A stretch of 64,000 nt of DNA from Eubacteriales bacterium (lineage in GTDB: Bacteria; Bacillota; Clostridia; Oscillospirales; CAG-272), in the NCBI GenBank assembly GCA_045602385.1, contig JAZSBL010000023.1, forward strand, positions 34,598-98,597. The letters are read 5' to 3'. The position numbers were made by a program, and so were the translations under genes. Positions 55,315 to 64,000 of the stretch are shown in pieces. Position 1 is the first letter of the stretch. Each line of letters opens with the position of its first letter. The notes below the pieces were generated by a model. The model was not told the DNA's origin. It saw only the letters and a program-made list of their open reading frames with translations, and did no database searches.

Positions 55315-56998
55315 GAAGAAAAAGGGCTTTCCTATAAGACTAAAGCTATTCTTGGCCCTTGTTATATCCTTGTTGCTTGCGGCGGGTGTCTTTTATGCCG
55401 TATCGCGTATCGGAAGCTTTTTGGTGTGGAGATATTACCTTGGCGAAAATGATAAAAAAGAAAGAGCCGAGGGCTATATTCAAAAGTTCCAGCAGTACGT
55501 TACCGATAATAATCTGACTACCGAGGATGCCGAGATGATCTCTGCGTGGGATGCGGGCAAATACGTTGACTTTATTGTCTATAAGGATTCTAATCTGATA
55601 TATGCTCCCGCGTGGTTCGAGGTGATCAAGGAGAGCGAGGCTGAGGCTCAGGCGGCGCAGACCGAGGCTGATTCTGATGCCGAAAACGGCGGGGAGAACG
55701 CTACGCCAAATGGGGGCGACGGAGAGGAGCCGGACTCTGAGCCTGCGGGAGAAATAGTCCCGGAGCCCGGCGGTGAAGGTCAGGGCAACGAGGCGATTGT
55801 TGAAACCGACCCCGGAAAGGTCGGCGAGTATGCTTCTGAGCTTGAAAGTATGTCCTCAAGTGAGCAAACCAGCTTTGAGAGTTCAAGTGAGGAAACGGAG
55901 AAAACCGAGACTACTAACGAGAAATCTTTTTATGAACAGTGGGTTTTGGGTGACAAGGGCTTTGAGCAATATCTTACGGAGGAGGCGCGCAAGAACTACA
56001 TTGCCGTGCTCAACGACGCGCTTGCTGATGATGACTCACTGTATCCTGTTTATTTCAGCGACGGTACGCTTATCGTTGCGGTTGCCGATTTTTCGGAGGA
56101 GTTTTTCTCTGATATAGTATTGACTGTAAGTATTCTGGCTGGACTTTTGGTTATTGCGGTTATTATGACCTGCTACTTCGGCACCATAACCAATAGAATA
56201 ACTCTTCTTCAAAAGAACGTAAGAAAGATCGAGGAGGGCGACCTTGAGCACAAGGTTGAACAAAAGGGCAGCGATGAGATCGCGCTTCTTGCCCGTGACA
56301 TTGAGAGCATGAGAGACTCGATCGTTGACAATATGACGCGTGAAAAACGCGCGTGGGAGGCAAATGCGGGTCTTATTACCGCTATGTCTCATGATATTCG
56401 TACTCCCCTTACCGTCCTGTTGGGATATCTTGATCTTATTGAGATGCAGAACGACGGAAAGATAAGTGAGGAATATATCGCGTCTTGCCGCGACAACGCG
56501 CTGAGACTTAAAAATCTTTCCGATGATATGTTCTCGTATTTCCTTGCGTTTGGAAAAAGCGAGGAGAAGATAACGCTTTCCAAGGTGGACGCGCGCATGC
56601 TTATGGAGCACGTGGTATCGGAGTATGCTTTGCTGCTCTCCGAAAACGGATACGTGCTTGAGCCCCGAGGAGAGGTGCCGAGTATTTCTCTTGAAATTGA
56701 AGAGATGTACTTCAGGCGAGTAATGGATAATATCTTCTCGAATATTATAAAGTATGCGGATTCGGGTAGCCCCATCGTGATTGGAGTAAGCTCCAGCGAT
56801 GAGAGCCTTACATTCTACTGTGAGAACAAGACGAGAGTTGGCGAGGACCGTCCGGAAAGTAACGGCATAGGACTGCGTACTTGCGAAAGAATGATGGAGG
56901 AGATGGGCGGCAGGATCACGTTCGGCGAGGCGGATGGAATATTTAACGTCTCAATAACGCTTCCCGCGGCAAAGAATGATGGTAAGTCAGATTCTTAA
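55307..56998 (+). CDS. sensor histidine kinase (2 TM, acidic extracytoplasmic loop, HAMP, HisKA, HATPase_c)
   Basis: TTG start overlaps the RR stop by 8 nt. H-box MSHDIRTPLT. N/G boxes IIKYADSGS...GIGLRTCERMMEEMGG. Confidence 0.9.
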   Translation: MTKKKKGFPIRLKLFLALVISLLLAAGVFYAVSRIGSFLVWRYYLGENDKKERAEGYIQKFQQYVTDNNLTTEDAEMISAWDAGKYVDFIVYKDSNLIYAPAWFEVIKESEAEAQAAQTEADSDAENGGENATPNGGDGEEPDSEPAGEIVPEPGGEGQGNEAIVETDPGKVGEYASELESMSSSEQTSFESSSEETEKTETTNEKSFYEQWVLGDKGFEQYLTEEARKNYIAVLNDALADDDSLYPVYFSDGTLIVAVADFSEEFFSDIVLTVSILAGLLVIAVIMTCYFGTITNRITLLQKNVRKIEEGDLEHKVEQKGSDEIALLARDIESMRDSIVDNMTREKRAWEANAGLITAMSHDIRTPLTVLLGYLDLIEMQNDGKISEEYIASCRDNALRLKNLSDDMFSYFLAFGKSEEKITLSKVDARMLMEHVVSEYALLLSENGYVLEPRGEVPSISLEIEEMYFRRVMDNIFSNIIKYADSGSPIVIGVSSSDESLTFYCENKTRVGEDRPESNGIGLRTCERMMEEMGGRITFGEADGIFNVSITLPAAKNDGKSDS

Positions 56999-58229
56999 CA
57001 TAGTGAACACCGTCATAGGGGCGGTGTTCATGCTTTGCTACTCGTATCAGCTGGTCTTTTTGGTCATTTCCTTATTCAAAAGGCCGAAAAAATATCCCGA
57101 AACCGATAAAAGGTGCAAATATGCTTTTGTCATTTGCGCAAGGGATGAGGAAGAGGTTATCTCTGAGGCATGCGCAAGCATAAGGGCTCAAAATTATCCG
57201 TGCGAGCTTATAGATATATACGTTGTGGCGGACAACTGCACGGATAATACCGCCGACTTGGCAAGAAAAAGCGGAGCGCGGGTCGTTGAGCGGCGCGATC
57301 CTTCGCGTATTGGCAAGGGGTATGCGCTTGGATTCCTTTTTGAGCATATCAAAGGGACGGTTGGCTTTGATGCGTATGACGGTTACATAATACTTGACGC
57401 TGACAACATTCTTGACGATAATTACGTTTGGGAAATGAATAAGTGCTTTGTCTGCGGCGAAGAGATTGTTACGGGATACCGAAATACTAAAAACTACGGT
57501 GAAAACTGGCTTAGCCAAGGGTACTCCGTCTGGTACATGCGCGAGATGCGACAGCTCAATGCCGTAAGAGGGGTGCTTGGTACTACCGCGGAGCTTCGCG
57601 GAACGGGATTCCTTATTTCAAGCGACGTTATCGCCGAGCAGGGCGGCTGGAGTCAGCATCTTCTGATAGAGGACGTTGAATTCGCTGTTGAAAAGGTGCT
57701 TGAGGGGAAGAAGGTAGCCTATTGCCACGATGCGATATTTTATGACGATCAGCCGACTCGCTTTGCTGCGTCCTGGTGGCAGAGAAGGCGGTGGTGCAGG
57801 GGATATCTGCAGGTGCTTAAGCGTTACGGCATAAGGCTTTTGGGCGCGTTCTTCAAGGGGCGCGGATTTTCAAATTTTGATATGATAATGTCCATGTGTC
57901 CCGCGTTTTTCATTACAGTCGGTGCGGCGGCGCTGAATATTTTAGCTCTTGCCGCCGCTTTGGTTTTCGAGCCTGCGACGGTTTTTGCGGTAATATGCTC
58001 ATCGCTCGCATTGCTTCTCGCGGCATGCCTGGCTTTCGGAGCCGTGGGACTTGTTGCGGTAATTACCGAGTGGAAAAGGATACGCGCGTCTGCGTGGCAG
58101 AAGATCATGTCCGTGATCGTTTTCCCGATATTTATGGCCACATACGTGCCGATCGCGGCAGTGTCGATTTTCAAACGTGCGGATTGGAAGCCGACAAGAC
58201 ACAAGGCCTTGAACAACAAGAAAAAATGA
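56976..58229 (+). CDS. processive family-2 glycosyltransferase (IcaA/PgaC/cellulose-synthase-like), membrane-embedded
   Basis: ADNCTDNT, ILDADN (DXD), GTGF and QRRRW (QxxRW). One N-terminal and about 4 C-terminal TM segments. Overlaps the HK by 23 nt. Confidence 0.85.
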   Translation: MMVSQILNIVNTVIGAVFMLCYSYQLVFLVISLFKRPKKYPETDKRCKYAFVICARDEEEVISEACASIRAQNYPCELIDIYVVADNCTDNTADLARKSGARVVERRDPSRIGKGYALGFLFEHIKGTVGFDAYDGYIILDADNILDDNYVWEMNKCFVCGEEIVTGYRNTKNYGENWLSQGYSVWYMREMRQLNAVRGVLGTTAELRGTGFLISSDVIAEQGGWSQHLLIEDVEFAVEKVLEGKKVAYCHDAIFYDDQPTRFAASWWQRRRWCRGYLQVLKRYGIRLLGAFFKGRGFSNFDMIMSMCPAFFITVGAAALNILALAAALVFEPATVFAVICSSLALLLAACLAFGAVGLVAVITEWKRIRASAWQKIMSVIVFPIFMATYVPIAAVSIFKRADWKPTRHKALNNKKK

Positions 58230-58534
58230 TTTGCGGGGCATGTTCGTCGGATATATACTTTAAAAAAGGCGGAGGGTTGAACCTTTGCCTTTTTTTGTTG
58301 GTAGTTTTTAAAGCACAGGCTAATTATAGCCTATTACCTTCTTCCGTCTTGAATGGTGTATAAACGGTTTATTTTATTTGCGGTTTGCCCAACTAAAATT
58401 ATTTCCATATTGTGTAATAAAATGTTCAAAACCCCTTGCAAAAGGGGAAATGATGTGGTACAATATAGAGAGAAAGATAGTTATCTTGTAAAATGGAATT
58501 CTATCATTACGATTATATTTTTGAGGTGATATAA

Positions 58535-59212
58535 ATGAACGGATTAAAATCTTTTCTGAAGCGGAACCTCCAGGTCGTTTTGTTCTCCTTGTGCGGACTT
58601 TTGACGATCCTCGGAATTCTGACTTTCGTTCTGTTCGCCGGACAGAGCGAGGGTGCGCTTAAGGCGTTGCTTGTTGTTCTCGGCATCGTGCTTATTCTCG
58701 CGGCTATTTGCCTGGCTCTTCTTGCGTTGGTTACGGGCAGTGCCGAGAGAGCAAACTTTTTCCTTTACGATTCAAAGCTTAAGGCTAACCGCCCGATCGA
58801 CGAGCTGAATTTTGACCTTATCAACAACAAGATGACATTTGTTATGTCAAGGCTCACGTCCACCGCATCGAAGGTCTGGACACAGAACGTTTTTGAGGAG
58901 GAAAGCGACGTTTTTGCCGATAACGACGACAGATTCGTTCCTCTTATTGCCTACAAGATCATTTACGATCTTTCCGAGAGGGCTAACGAGGGTGTTTGGA
59001 ACCTCTATCTTATGGCTGATAAGTCTATAATCGATGCGATCGCTTCCGCACTTGAGCTTAACCGCGACGGCGAGCTTGCAAACGCGTTCAGATACCTTCA
59101 CGAGAATGCTGCGGGAAGCTATGAGAGAACCGAGAAGTTCTTGGCTGATAACAAAAAGTACATTCAGTCCAAGATGGTCAAGTATGTTAAGGCTAATATC
59201 GAAAGATTCTGA
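58535..59212 (+). CDS. membrane-anchored protein (2 N-terminal TM), function unknown
   Basis: 225 aa. SD GAGGTGA. Promoter TTGCAA-17-TACAAT about 80 nt upstream. Terminator AAAGCGCT-12 nt-AGCGCTTTTT at 59227-59256. Confidence 0.7.
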   Translation: MNGLKSFLKRNLQVVLFSLCGLLTILGILTFVLFAGQSEGALKALLVVLGIVLILAAICLALLALVTGSAERANFFLYDSKLKANRPIDELNFDLINNKMTFVMSRLTSTASKVWTQNVFEEESDVFADNDDRFVPLIAYKIIYDLSERANEGVWNLYLMADKSIIDAIASALELNRDGELANAFRYLHENAAGSYERTEKFLADNKKYIQSKMVKYVKANIERF

Positions 59213-60233
59213 TTGAATAACTAATGAAAGCGCTTCGATGATCCGGAGCGCTTTTTGTATGCATGAATAATAAACAAATTGTTTATAAGTAAACAAACAA
59301 TAGTGAAATGCCGCTTAAAAATGTTTTATCGCGGTGGAGTGGGGAAAATATGCATCGGCGTGCTTTTCTTTAGCGGAAGATTGTTTTGGCTGGGCCGGGT
59401 CTGATGACGTTTTTTTATTGGTGTTTGTTGTGCTGGCTTTGATCGTTGTGTTGACCGCAACGTTAGCATTTGTGTGTAGGGGGGTACGTTGGGGGCGCAT
59501 GTTCACGGATGTGTTGGCGGTGTTTGGGCGTTTTTTTGATGCTGTGTCCGGTGCTGCTGCCTTTTCGGGGCGTGATTAGAGAAGAGCGATATTCAGGGTT
59601 GTAAGTCGGGGAAAACGAGGCAAATCGGTCCATGATAGACGGGGTGAGCGCGAGGGGAAGGCGAGCTTCATTCCGAATATTATCCGTGCGCAAACAACAG
59701 AAAGACAAGTCTGGCAATTATGATTATAAATGTAAATAAATGTAAATAGTCTGTCCGTAATGGTGCAAATCGGATAGAAACGCACCTGTTTTGTGTGTTT
59801 TGACACATTTTCCAAAAATATTTTTATTTGACGAAAAATTTATATTTTGTTCACGAAATACTATTTGAAGGCCGAAAAGGGCGGCGTTTTAATCTTTCAC
59901 CTCGATATTTTTGCGATTTGGCTCATTAAAAAACCGCAGAAGTTAGGGGAGGGGGGGTAAGCGAAATTTACATGAATAATAACGGGCTTTGGAACGTCGC
60001 GGACGGAGTAGCAAAGTTGACAAAAATGGCAAAAACGCCTATAAAAAACGCTGTCAATCAGGCGGCGTAAGTAAATCTTATTTACTTTATTTGGGGCGCT
60101 CGCGGATAGGTTGTATATGCGTGTAAAAAACGGCACATTGGCGATCCGTTTTTCCGCTTGTGCGAATTAGAACAGATTGTAAATTTTCTTTGCGTGCAAA
60201 AGCGTTTGTTAAGTTTTGTAAACTCTTGTTCGC

Positions 60234-60265
60234 TTGACAAAACAAGCCTCGCGTGTTAATATAAT
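60234..60265 (+). promoter_or_regulatory. near-consensus promoter for the large SBP gene
   Basis: TTGACA (60234-60239), 17 nt, TAATAT (60257-60262), overlapping a TATAAT at 60260-60265. Confidence 0.6.
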
Positions 60266-60649
60266 AGAGTTAAAAATAGGGTGAACGCGACTCGCGCCCG
60301 CGTAAGGACGTTCGGAAAACAGTCTCCGATGCCCTTGCATGGCGTGATGATGCTGATGCAGTATGCTCATCGACCTGCGGCGACGCAAGGTCAGGAGTCA
60401 TACCGCACCGTTGGTAATACCTCCGAGTGACACCGTCTTTCGAGAGCATTATCATTGGCTGCGGGTGGGCTCGCAAATACAGCAAATACAGATTGGCATT
60501 TGATTTTAGCAGTGTGAGTTGTCGTTTCGTGCTTCGATCGTCGACTTACGGCTACGATGCCCGCTACGCACGGTGTTATTAACGGTGGTTTTTACCCTTG
60601 ACGGGGCAAGGTTCCTTTACTTGCCTGAAAAACAGCAGGAGGATTTTCT
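60266..60649 (+). promoter_or_regulatory. ~385-nt GC-rich 5' leader, class unknown
   Basis: No credible ORF. Many stems, e.g. CGTGC...GCACG around 60528-60572. Mutually exclusive CCTTG-acgggg-CAAGG and GGCAAG-gttcctttac-CTTGCC just before the SD. Confidence 0.4.
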
Positions 60650-63600
60650 ATGAAAAGGACAAGATTTCAAAGGATTGTGACTTTGATGCTTTGTTTGGCC
60701 TTTGTGTTAAGCGGCTTTTCGGTAACCGCTTATGCAACCGATGCTTCGGTTGATGAAACAAAGGGATCGTCAGGCTCTGCCTACGACGCAAGCAAGGAAT
60801 ACGAGTCATTGAACACAATCTCCTATGCGCAGTATCTTAAGGATGCCGGCGCAAAAGAGGCGAGTGGCAGTATTGTTATCAATGCTGTTCGCGACCTCTA
60901 CTGGAACGGTGATAAGGGTACTACGGTGCCTGTTAATGAGGATACCGTTCTTAAAATCGACGGAAGGGATGCGTTGCTAACGCCCTCTACGGGTACGGCT
61001 GCGTGGAAGGTTGAAGTGCCCGAAAGAGCGCTTTACACCATCACGTTCGTCTACTACTCGTACGTAAGGTCGGGCGAGGAGACGAAGGCTGATTCCATTG
61101 AGCGAGTTCTGAAGATCAACAATCAGATCCCGTTCTCCGAGGCGCGCAACATTACCATTAAGAAGAATTGGCTCAACGACTATCCCGATGCCAAGTACAT
61201 TGGCAAGGAAGACAAGAATGACGTTCTTGCCAAGGGCTTAGCGGCAGGTCTTGATGGTGAGATCAATGGCGACGCACTTACATTCAAGTATCCCGAATAC
61301 TGGACAGGCGCGATTACCGCATTCTGCGAGGAATACGGTATCAGATTCATGAAGCGCGATATCTACAACAACGAGATACGTCCCGCGGCATTCCAGAGCC
61401 CCGAATGGTCGGAATACACCGTTACAGACTCTATGGGCTTCTATACCGAGGCGTTTACATTCGTTCTCGAAAAGGGACAGAATATCATCGCTCTTGAAGG
61501 CAAGAACGCGGATCTCGCGATCGGTGAGATAATCCTTTCCCCCTCTGAGAAGGTGATCACATACAACGATTACAAGGAGCTCTACAAGGGCCAGCCCGAC
61601 GGAAAGGGAAGCATCAAGATTGAGGCGGAGTATACCGCTAACGCTTCCGACAAGACTATATACCCCGTTGAGGACTCCGCAAATGCGATGACCTCTCCTC
61701 ACGACCCCGGTAAGACTGTTCTTAATACCATGGGCGGCGAGAAATGGCAGACTGCGGGTCAGGCGGTCTCCTATAAGTTCCGCGTTGATGAGTCGGGTAT
61801 GTACGATCTCGCCTTCCGCTTTATGCAGAACGTGCTTGACGGTATGTTCGTAAACCGTGTGCTTTACATTTACAGCGATGACAGCCTCTCTGAGGGCGAT
61901 CTTGGTTACTATGACGGAGTTCCGTTCGAGGAGGCCAAGGCGCTTACCTTCAATTTCTCCGAGAGTTGGCAGACAACAAAGGCTACCGACGGTGACGAGG
62001 AGTTCAAGTTCTACTTTAAGAAGGGTGTTACTTACACCATAAAGCTTGAGGTAACGCTTGGCTCTATGGCTGATATCATAAACACCGTTCAGTCCTCGCT
62101 TGACAGCATCAACCAGGATTACCTTTCTATCATTCAGCTTACCGGATCTACCCCCGATACGCTTCGTGACTACGGATTCTCAAGAATCATGCCCGACGTT
62201 CTTATCGACATGGTAAGACAGGCGCAGATCCTTAACTACGAGAGTGATAACGAGGCAGAGTGGGGCGTTGCCCAGAAGCTCACCGCGCTTGCGGGTGAGA
62301 AGTCTTCCAGCGTCGGTACGCTCCAGAAGATTTCCGATCTTCTTCTCGACATGGGAAGAGATGAGGATCAGATAGCAAGACTTCTTGAGCGTCTTAAGAG
62401 CTACATCGGTACTCTCGGTACATTCCTCTCTGACGCAAAGACACAGCCCTTGCAGCTCGACTACATAATGGTTCAGGGCGCAGGTCAGGAAACCCCTGAG
62501 GCTGAGGCTAACTGGTGGGATACATTTATATTTGAAATTTCCAGATTCTTCTGGTCCTTCTTCCGTGACTATGATGCGGTCGGCGTCATGAGCGAGTCGG
62601 ATGAGGGCGAGGCTCTTGAGGTTTGGCTTGCAACCGGTCGTGACCAGTTCCAGGTCAAGAGAAACCTCGTAAACAACAGCTTCGTTCACAACGAGGAGCG
62701 CGGATACGATATTCCCGTCGAGCTTAAGCTCGTTGCGGGTGGAACGCTTCTTCCTTCTATCCTTGCAAATCAGGGACCTGACGTTTACCTCGGTCTTGAC
62801 CAGGGAAGCGTAATCAACTACGCTATACGTTCGGCTATTTTGGAGGTCGACGGATTTGAGGACTTTGAGGAAGTGTCCAAGTCCTTCAATGAGGCGGCTA
62901 TGATCGTTCTTTGCATGGATAACTCCGAGGGTGAGACACACTATTACGGTCTCCCCGAGTCTCAGGGCTTCTCCATGATGTATATCCGCGTTGATATACT
63001 TGCCGATCTCGGTATCGAGATCCCCGAAACATGGGACGATATTATGGCGGCTATTCCTAAGCTCCAGTCCAAGAACATGCAGATGGGTCTTACAACCGAC
63101 TCCACCATCCACCTATACCAGATGGGCGGCGAGCTTTTCGCAGACAACGGTATGAGAATCAATCTTGACTCTCAGGTAGGTCTTGCGGCGTTCCAGAAGA
63201 CCTGTGATTTGTTCACAAAGTACGGATTCCCCTATTCATACGATGCAGCTAACCGTTTCAGAACCGGTGAGATGCCTATCATTATCGCAGACTACACCGC
63301 TCTCTACAACCAGCTCAAGGTATTTGCGACCGAGATCGACGGATCCTGGATAATGGTTCCCGTTCCCGGAACTAAGAGCTATGACGAAAACGGTCAGCTT
63401 ATCGTTGATGAAAACGGAAAGGCGATCCCCAACAACAAGGCGATCTCCGCTGTTTCCGCTTCGGTTCTCGTAAGAGGCGGCGAAGATAAGAAGAATGAGT
63501 CCTGGGAATACATCAAGTGGTTCACCGGTGACGAGTGCCAGGCTGAGTACTCAAACGAGATGGTAGCACTTCTCGGTCCTTCTGCAAAGTACAACACGGC

Positions 63601-64000
63601 AAATATTAAGGCGCTTGAAAAGCTCCCGTGGACAACTGAAGAGCTTAACAGGATCAGGGCTCAGTTTAACAACCTTGCATCTATCCCCAACTACCCCGGA
63701 AGATACATCGTTGCCCGTTACATAGAGTTCGCATTCCTTGCGGCTTATAATAATAACGAAGATCCCCAGCAGGCAATGCGTTCCTACATTACTGCTATAA
63801 ATAAGGAAATAACACGTAAACGTGCCGAGTTTGGCCTTGAGACTCTTGAACAGGGTCAGACGCTGGCAGCTAAGAGATTTGATCAGGCAAAGGCGGCTGT
63901 ATCCGAGCTCGTGAGCAGAAATGCCAAGTATGAGGCACTCTCCGAGGACGTTGCATACGCTATAAAGACCAATGACGTTGCATACATCCATTCGGTTGCA
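60650..64000 (+). CDS. very large extracellular solute-binding protein (ABC-type, family 1-like) fused to N-terminal CBM6/35-like modules; 3' end beyond window
   Basis: Not in ORF track (no stop in window). I translated 1117 codons in frame without a stop. SD CAGGAGG. Signal peptide MKRTRFQRIVTLMLCLAFVLSGFSVTAYA. Two beta-sandwich-like modules (IKIEAEYTANASD...GQAVSYKFRVDESGMYDLAFRF). From about residue 640 the pattern is SBP-like (LEVWLATGRDQ...GPDVYLG...WDDIMAAIPKLQ). Confidence 0.8.
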   Translation, partial: MKRTRFQRIVTLMLCLAFVLSGFSVTAYATDASVDETKGSSGSAYDASKEYESLNTISYAQYLKDAGAKEASGSIVINAVRDLYWNGDKGTTVPVNEDTVLKIDGRDALLTPSTGTAAWKVEVPERALYTITFVYYSYVRSGEETKADSIERVLKINNQIPFSEARNITIKKNWLNDYPDAKYIGKEDKNDVLAKGLAAGLDGEINGDALTFKYPEYWTGAITAFCEEYGIRFMKRDIYNNEIRPAAFQSPEWSEYTVTDSMGFYTEAFTFVLEKGQNIIALEGKNADLAIGEIILSPSEKVITYNDYKELYKGQPDGKGSIKIEAEYTANASDKTIYPVEDSANAMTSPHDPGKTVLNTMGGEKWQTAGQAVSYKFRVDESGMYDLAFRFMQNVLDGMFVNRVLYIYSDDSLSEGDLGYYDGVPFEEAKALTFNFSESWQTTKATDGDEEFKFYFKKGVTYTIKLEVTLGSMADIINTVQSSLDSINQDYLSIIQLTGSTPDTLRDYGFSRIMPDVLIDMVRQAQILNYESDNEAEWGVAQKLTALAGEKSSSVGTLQKISDLLLDMGRDEDQIARLLERLKSYIGTLGTFLSDAKTQPLQLDYIMVQGAGQETPEAEANWWDTFIFEISRFFWSFFRDYDAVGVMSESDEGEALEVWLATGRDQFQVKRNLVNNSFVHNEERGYDIPVELKLVAGGTLLPSILANQGPDVYLGLDQGSVINYAIRSAILEVDGFEDFEEVSKSFNEAAMIVLCMDNSEGETHYYGLPESQGFSMMYIRVDILADLGIEIPETWDDIMAAIPKLQSKNMQMGLTTDSTIHLYQMGGELFADNGMRINLDSQVGLAAFQKTCDLFTKYGFPYSYDAANRFRTGEMPIIIADYTALYNQLKVFATEIDGSWIMVPVPGTKSYDENGQLIVDENGKAIPNNKAISAVSASVLVRGGEDKKNESWEYIKWFTGDECQAEYSNEMVALLGPSAKYNTANIKALEKLPWTTEELNRIRAQFNNLASIPNYPGRYIVARYIEFAFLAAYNNNEDPQQAMRSYITAINKEITRKRAEFGLETLEQGQTLAAKRFDQAKAAVSELVSRNAKYEALSEDVAYAIKTNDVAYIHSVA

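Noticed and set aside
59334-59579. 81-aa + ORF with one hydrophobic segment
   Set aside because: It has a GTG start without an SD. Its codon usage (GTG/TTG/TTT-rich) is unlike the window's genes and simply mirrors the local G+T skew.
59470-59960. G-quadruplex-forming sequence (also G-runs at 31230-31360)
   Set aside because: The G-runs come in pairs separated by long loops. I could not find four closely spaced G3+ tracts required for a canonical G4.
60266-60649. RNase P RNA, tmRNA, group II intron, cobalamin or c-di-GMP riboswitch
   Set aside because: The universal signatures are absent: GAGGAAAGUCC; a tRNA-like end with GGUUCGA...CCA; domain V; the B12 box; GGCAAAC...GACGCAAAGC.

Overview
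This 64-kb window is mostly core chromosome from a Clostridia-type Firmicute. That assignment is an inference from gene content: a TepA-like ClpP paralog, Coat-F proteins, zinc-type S14, PduL, and the S10-spc-alpha gene order. Minus-strand aromatic amino-acid operon at 1-6217: aroF, tyrA, aroB, aroA, aroC and pheA, with pheA truncated by the window edge and missing from the ORF track. Miscellaneous genes at 6.6-12.3 kb: a small membrane protein, a secreted protein, a radical SAM/SPASM enzyme and a ClC channel. Small accessory patch at 12.4-15.05 kb: an integrase 5' fragment, an SDR gene, and a 1.25-kb AT-rich module (XRE repressor, three-operator switch, 46-aa ORF, lipoprotein). The module is bracketed by a 59-bp duplication of the 3' end of the neighbouring GGGtGRT gene, and the two copies differ only at synonymous sites. 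Next come pduL, a NifU-like gene and the GGGtGRT gene, then tepA-like, an AGCS symporter and an acyltransferase. tRNA-Leu(GAG) is flanked by unusual repeat and hairpin arrays. The window continues with a DUF1538 and tandem-PII pair, glyQS, rplJL with its attenuator leader, and the complete S10-spc-alpha ribosomal superoperon (rpsJ to rplQ, 31.8-47.9 kb, including the sub-60-aa rpmD and rpmJ that the ORF track misses). It ends with a second XRE paralog, mgtE, Coat-F genes, recG, a Xer-like recombinase, a two-component system coupled to a processive GT2, about 1.4 kb of ORF-poor DNA, and a very large CBM-fused solute-binding protein that runs off the window end. I found no CRISPR array, rRNA, intact transposon or recognisable defence system. 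The most interesting material is non-coding or uncharacterised: the decayed integrative module with its lambda-like switch, the pduL / NifU-like / GGGtGRT locus with a 314-nt structured spacer, the hairpin and iteron arrays beside tRNA-Leu, several long structured leaders and spacers (including about 300 nt inside the spc operon), and a candidate aromatic-codon leader ORF threaded through a terminator upstream of aroF. All functional calls rest on motif recognition by eye. No database search was run.
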